In this document: positions 59,874 to 64,000 of the stretch, piece by piece
Numbering within the stretch: the stretch's first letter is position 1
Layout: the number at the start of each line of letters is the position of its first letter
Assembly (NCBI GenBank): GCA_035574455.1
Contig: DATLYT010000110.1
Coordinates: 8,882-72,881 of the forward strand
Source: Bacteroidota bacterium
GTDB taxonomy: Bacteria > Bacteroidota > Ignavibacteria > UBA10030
Direction: 5' to 3'
Length of the DNA: 64,000 bases
Program-made: the position numbers and the translations under genes
Notes under the pieces: model-generated
What the model was told of the DNA's origin: nothing
The model's input: only the letters and a program-made list of their open reading frames with translations
The model's database searches: none

Positions 59874-62800
59874 TTAGGAAGCAACGGCCTTCACACGTTT
59901 CCGCTCCTTCGTCGACTCATCCACTTGCTCTTCGGCAGGTACCCCCACCCCGGATACTTCTTTCGAGGAAACCACCAGATCCCTGAACTTCTTCTGTCCC
60001 GTACCAGCCGGGATTAAGTGACCGATGATGACATTCTCCTTCAATCCCAACAGATAGTCGACCTTGCCTTCGATCGCTGCATCGGTAAGTACTTTCGTCG
60101 TCTCCTGGAATGAGGCAGCCGAGAAAACACTGTCTGTCGTCAACGATGCCTGAGTGATACCGAGGAGAATCGGCTCAAACGTTGCCGGTTCGGCATCCCG
60201 AACTTCAGCGACCTTTTTGCCTTTCTTCTTGAGGTCGGCGTTGATTTCTCGTACCATTTTCTTGGAAACAATCTGACCGTTTTTCAGCTTCGAATCGCCC
60301 TTGCTCACGACAACCACCTTGCCCTTGAGGCTCTCGTTTTCATCCTGCAGGCGTGCTTTATCAACGTTGTCCCCCTCCAGATATCGAGTATCACCGGGGT
60401 CGAGGATGCGAACTTTTTGCATCATCATTCGCACGATCACCTCAATGTGCTTGTCGTTGATCTTTACACCCTGCATGCGATATACTTCCTGGATCTCATT
60501 CACGAGATACTCTTGCACTGCGGTCGTGCCCTTGATCCGTAAGATATCGTGCGGGTCGATTGCTCCAGCGGAAAGCCGCTCGCCTGCCCGAACAACATCA
60601 TGATCCTGAACGAGGATATGTTTGCCGAGCGGGATGAGATACGTCCGTTTGTCTTTTCCATCGTGGCTCGTCACATGAACCTCGCGCGACCCGCGCTTGG
60701 GTTGGCCGATACTCACAATCCCATCAATCTCAGTGACGACGGCTGGATCGCCAGGCCGACGAGCTTCGAAGAGTTCCGTCACACGAGGCAAGCCACCGGT
60801 GATGTCACGCGTTTTCCCGATATCGCGTGGAATTTTAACGAGCACCCTGCCCGCTTCAATCTCCTCACCGTCATCCACCGTCAGGTGCGCTCGTGTTGGA
60901 ACTGGGTAGCTCGCTAATTTCTGACCCTTAGCATTGACGATGCTAATAGCGGGGATCAGGCTTTTCTCGCGACTGTCAATGACCACTTTCTGGATATGCC
61001 CTGTCTGCTCATCCGGCTCCTCGCGGAAGGTAACACCCTCTTTGAGATCGACGTACTTCACCACACCACTATGTTCAGAAATAATCACTGCATTGTACGG
61101 ATCCCATTCGTAGATCATCTCACCACGGGTAACCTTCTGGTTATTCTTGACCTGAAGAATTGCGCCGTAGGGTACGTCATATTTCGTCAACACACGGTTA
61201 TCGTCATCGATGATGTTGATAACACCGCTCCGGCCGGAGGCAATGGCTTTCTTGCCTTCGTCATCGCCGATCTCGATTGTCTTCAGGCCATCGAATTTCA
61301 CCCGGCCATCAAACTTCGAGGCGATCTGCGACTGAGCCGCTATCAAACTTGCCGTGCCGCCAGTATGGAAGGTTCGCAGGGTCAATTGCGTTCCCGGTTC
61401 GCCGATGGATTGAGCGGCGATAACACCGACTGCGGTTCCGGGCTCAACAAGTTTCCCCGTGGTCAAATCGCGGCCATAGCATTTTGCACAAAGACCGCGG
61501 CGAGATTCACACGTGAGCACCGAGCGAATTTCGACAGCTTCGATCGAGGATTCAGAAATCCGCAGCGCCTTATCCTCGTCGATAATCTCACCCGCTTCTA
61601 CAATGATCTCATTCGTGAGAGGATCATAGACATCATGCACTGACACTCGACCAAGAATACGCTCCGAGAGTGGTTCCTTCACATCCTCGCCCTCTTTCAG
61701 TGCACCTGTCAGTACCCCTCGGATCGTTCCGCAGTCTTCCTGGGAGATAATGGCATCTTGGGCAACGTCGATGAGGCGACGTGTCAGATAACCCGCATCT
61801 GCCGTCTTCAATGCCGTATCGGCGAGACCTTTCCGAGCGCCGTGGGTTGAAATGAAGTACTCGAGAATCGACAGACCCTCGCGGAAATTTGCAATGATGG
61901 GGTTCTCAATGAGTTCTCCCGTAGCTCCTGAGAGACTCTTTTGCGGCTTTGCCATGAGACCGCGCATCCCTGCGAGCTGACGAACCTGCTCCTTCGAACC
62001 ACGAGCGCCAGAATCGACCATCATAAAGAGCGAGTTAAAGCCCTCGCGGTCGCGTTGCAGCTCGTCGATCAACTTTTCTGCAATTCTGCTCGTTGCACGA
62101 GTCCAGATATCAATCACGCGGTTGTACCGCTCGCCGTTGGTGATGAAACCACGGAAATATTGATTTTCGACAGCCTCGATATCGCGCTGTGCTTTTCCGA
62201 TGATCTCCGCTTTCTCTTTGGGAATGATCACATCGCCAATGGAAACCGAGAGGCCGCCTTTTGTAGCGTACGTGAAGCCCAGAGTTTTCAGTTGATCCAG
62301 GAACTGTGCCGTGACCAAGTTCCCACAACGACGGAACACGGTTGCGATGATCTGAACAAGCCGCTTTTTATTCAGCAGCTCGTTGATGAACGGGATTTCG
62401 GGTGGCAAAATCTGGTTGAACAGCACACGCCCGATGGTCGTTTCCACCAGCTTCCCCTCTACCCGCACTTTGACTCGAGCATGCAGACCCACCTTGCCAT
62501 GGTCGAAGGCAATTACCGCCTCTTGCGGCGAAGAGAAGATCATCCCTTCACCTTTGTCACCGGCTTTGGACTTCGTCAAGTAGTAGCAACCCAAAACTTG
62601 ATCCTGTGTTGGGGTGACGATAGGAGCACCGTTGGCCGGCGAAAGAATGTTATGGCTCGAGAGCATCAACATGCGCGCTTCGAGCTGCGCTTCATACGAG
62701 AGCGGTACGTGGACCGCCATCTGGTCGCCGTCGAAGTCGGCATTAAACGCCGTGCACACCATCGGGTGAATACGGATGGCTTTACCCTCGATGAGCACCG

Positions 62801-64000
62801 GCTGAAACGCCTGAATGCCCAAGCGGTGCAATGTCGGCGCGCGGTTGAGCAATACCGGATGTCCATCGATGATGTGGTCAAGAATATCCCACACCTCGGG
62901 GCCTTTTTTATCCACCATCTTCTTGGCGCTCTTAACGGTTTTGACCAGCCCACGCTCGATGAGTTTGCGAATGATATGCGGTTTAAACAGCTCAACTGCC
63001 ATATCTTTTGGCAGTCCGCATTCGTGCAGCTTTAATTCAGGTCCGACCACAATAACAGAGCGACCGGAGTAATCGACGCGCTTTCCGAGTAAGTTCTGAC
63101 GGAAGCGTCCCTGTTTGCCCTTCAACATGTCGGAGAGAGACTTCAGGGCGCGGTTGTTGTCGCTGCGGACGGCATTGACACGACGCGAGTTGTCAAACAA
63201 CGCATCGACCGCTTCCTGTAACATACGCTTCTCGTTGCGCAGGATGACTTCGGGAGCCTTAATCTCGATGAGCCGTTTCAAACGATTGTTCCGGATGATG
63301 ACGCGACGGTAGAGGTCGTTCAAGTCCGACGTTGCAAACCGCCCGCCTTCAAGAGGAACGAGCGGACGAAGCTCGGGCGGAATAACCGGAATGACATCAA
63401 GCACCATCCACTCAGGCTTATTCGGCGCCGTCTCATTACTTTTACGGAAGGATTCAATCACGCGCAGCCGCTTCAAAGCCTCTGCCTTTTTCTGCATCGA
63501 TGTTTCACTTTTCACTTGCGCCCGTAACTCGTTAGCCAGCTCTTCGATATTCACCCGTTTCAGAAGGTCTTTCACCGCATCACCGCCCATCTTCGCGATG
63601 AACTTCTTCGGGTCGTTGTCGTCCAGCTCACTGTTGCTTTCCGGGAGCGACGAGAGGATTTCGAGGTACTGCTCCTCCGAAATCAAATCTTGTTTCTGCA
63701 ACCCCGTTGTGCCGGGATTGATAACGACGTACGACTCGTAATAAATGATCTTCTCCAGCTCTTTGCTGGACAGGCCGAGCACGTAGCCAATCTTGCTGGG
63801 TAAGGAACGGAAGTACCAAATATGAACGACGGGGACGGCAAGCGAAATGTGTCCCATCCGCTCGCGACGAACGCTCTTTTGGGTTACCTCCACACCGCAA
63901 CGGTCGCACGTAATACCCTTGTATCGGATCCGTTTGTATTTTCCGCAATGGCATTCCCAGTCGCGAACCGGGCCAAAGATCTTCTCGCAGAAGAGACCGT
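59874..64000 (-). CDS. rpoC: DNA-directed RNA polymerase beta-prime subunit. The N-terminus lies beyond the window end, so the gene is partial.
   Basis: The track ORF starts at an internal Met ([16 protein letters not shown]..). Manual reverse translation of 63894-64000 continues in frame (..[41 protein letters not shown]..), which is the conserved RpoC N-terminal zinc-binding region. Confidence 0.95.
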   Translation of the reverse strand, partial: GLFCEKIFGPVRDWECHCGKYKRIRYKGITCDRCGVEVTQKSVRRERMGHISLAVPVVHIWYFRSLPSKIGYVLGLSSKELEKIIYYESYVVINPGTTGLQKQDLISEEQYLEILSSLPESNSELDDNDPKKFIAKMGGDAVKDLLKRVNIEELANELRAQVKSETSMQKKAEALKRLRVIESFRKSNETAPNKPEWMVLDVIPVIPPELRPLVPLEGGRFATSDLNDLYRRVIIRNNRLKRLIEIKAPEVILRNEKRMLQEAVDALFDNSRRVNAVRSDNNRALKSLSDMLKGKQGRFRQNLLGKRVDYSGRSVIVVGPELKLHECGLPKDMAVELFKPHIIRKLIERGLVKTVKSAKKMVDKKGPEVWDILDHIIDGHPVLLNRAPTLHRLGIQAFQPVLIEGKAIRIHPMVCTAFNADFDGDQMAVHVPLSYEAQLEARMLMLSSHNILSPANGAPIVTPTQDQVLGCYYLTKSKAGDKGEGMIFSSPQEAVIAFDHGKVGLHARVKVRVEGKLVETTIGRVLFNQILPPEIPFINELLNKKRLVQIIATVFRRCGNLVTAQFLDQLKTLGFTYATKGGLSVSIGDVIIPKEKAEIIGKAQRDIEAVENQYFRGFITNGERYNRVIDIWTRATSRIAEKLIDELQRDREGFNSLFMMVDSGARGSKEQVRQLAGMRGLMAKPQKSLSGATGELIENPIIANFREGLSILEYFISTHGARKGLADTALKTADAGYLTRRLIDVAQDAIISQEDCGTIRGVLTGALKEGEDVKEPLSERILGRVSVHDVYDPLTNEIIVEAGEIIDEDKALRISESSIEAVEIRSVLTCESRRGLCAKCYGRDLTTGKLVEPGTAVGVIAAQSIGEPGTQLTLRTFHTGGTASLIAAQSQIASKFDGRVKFDGLKTIEIGDDEGKKAIASGRSGVINIIDDDNRVLTKYDVPYGAILQVKNNQKVTRGEMIYEWDPYNAVIISEHSGVVKYVDLKEGVTFREEPDEQTGHIQKVVIDSREKSLIPAISIVNAKGQKLASYPVPTRAHLTVDDGEEIEAGRVLVKIPRDIGKTRDITGGLPRVTELFEARRPGDPAVVTEIDGIVSIGQPKRGSREVHVTSHDGKDKRTYLIPLGKHILVQDHDVVRAGERLSAGAIDPHDILRIKGTTAVQEYLVNEIQEVYRMQGVKINDKHIEVIVRMMMQKVRILDPGDTRYLEGDNVDKARLQDENESLKGKVVVVSKGDSKLKNGQIVSKKMVREINADLKKKGKKVAEVRDAEPATFEPILLGITQASLTTDSVFSAASFQETTKVLTDAAIEGKVDYLLGLKENVIIGHLIPAGTGQKKFRDLVVSSKEVSGVGVPAEEQVDESTKERKRVKAVAS

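Overview
This is a high-GC (about 55-60%) bacterial chromosomal window in which every supportable gene is on the minus strand. Several proteins end in Por_Secre_tail (T9SS C-terminal sorting) domains, and many genes have AGGAGG-type ribosome-binding sites. Together these point to a type IX secretion system (T9SS) organism in the Bacteroidota/Ignavibacteriota/Rhodothermota-like (FCB) group, but probably not Bacteroidia proper.

The right two-thirds (about 39.6-64 kb) is the conserved core cluster: rpoC (beta-prime, runs off the window end), rpsL-rpsG-fusA-tuf, the S10, spc and alpha ribosomal-protein operons with secY-map-infA-rpmJ and rpoA-rplQ, then engB. One small lipoprotein gene is inserted between rpsM and rpsK. 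Below the ribosomal cluster lie a class V aminotransferase gene and serA.

The left part (1-35.3 kb) is accessory-like:
- Three tandem giant surface-protein genes. The first runs off the window start and is missed by the ORF track. The next two are 1551 and 1884 aa, carry T9SS C-terminal domains, and contain cohesin-like and dockerin-like modules.
- A cobalamin riboswitch with an intrinsic terminator, controlling a BtuB-like TonB receptor, a Dph6/DUF71-type PP-loop ATPase and a small DUF6580-like membrane protein as one operon.
- ggt, ssb, and a GWxTD-domain / NHL-repeat / LmbE-like gene cluster.
- An operon of a CarbopepD_reg TonB-like barrel, a 1193-aa T9SS cargo and a PorP/SprF-like barrel, behind an AT-rich upstream region.
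- At least three families of short dispersed inverted-repeat (REP/MITE-like) elements, nested in a repeat-rich intergenic patch at 26.85-27.4 kb.

No CRISPR array, tRNA or rRNA was found. Most plus-strand ORFs in the track overlap real minus-strand genes and look like high-GC artefacts.
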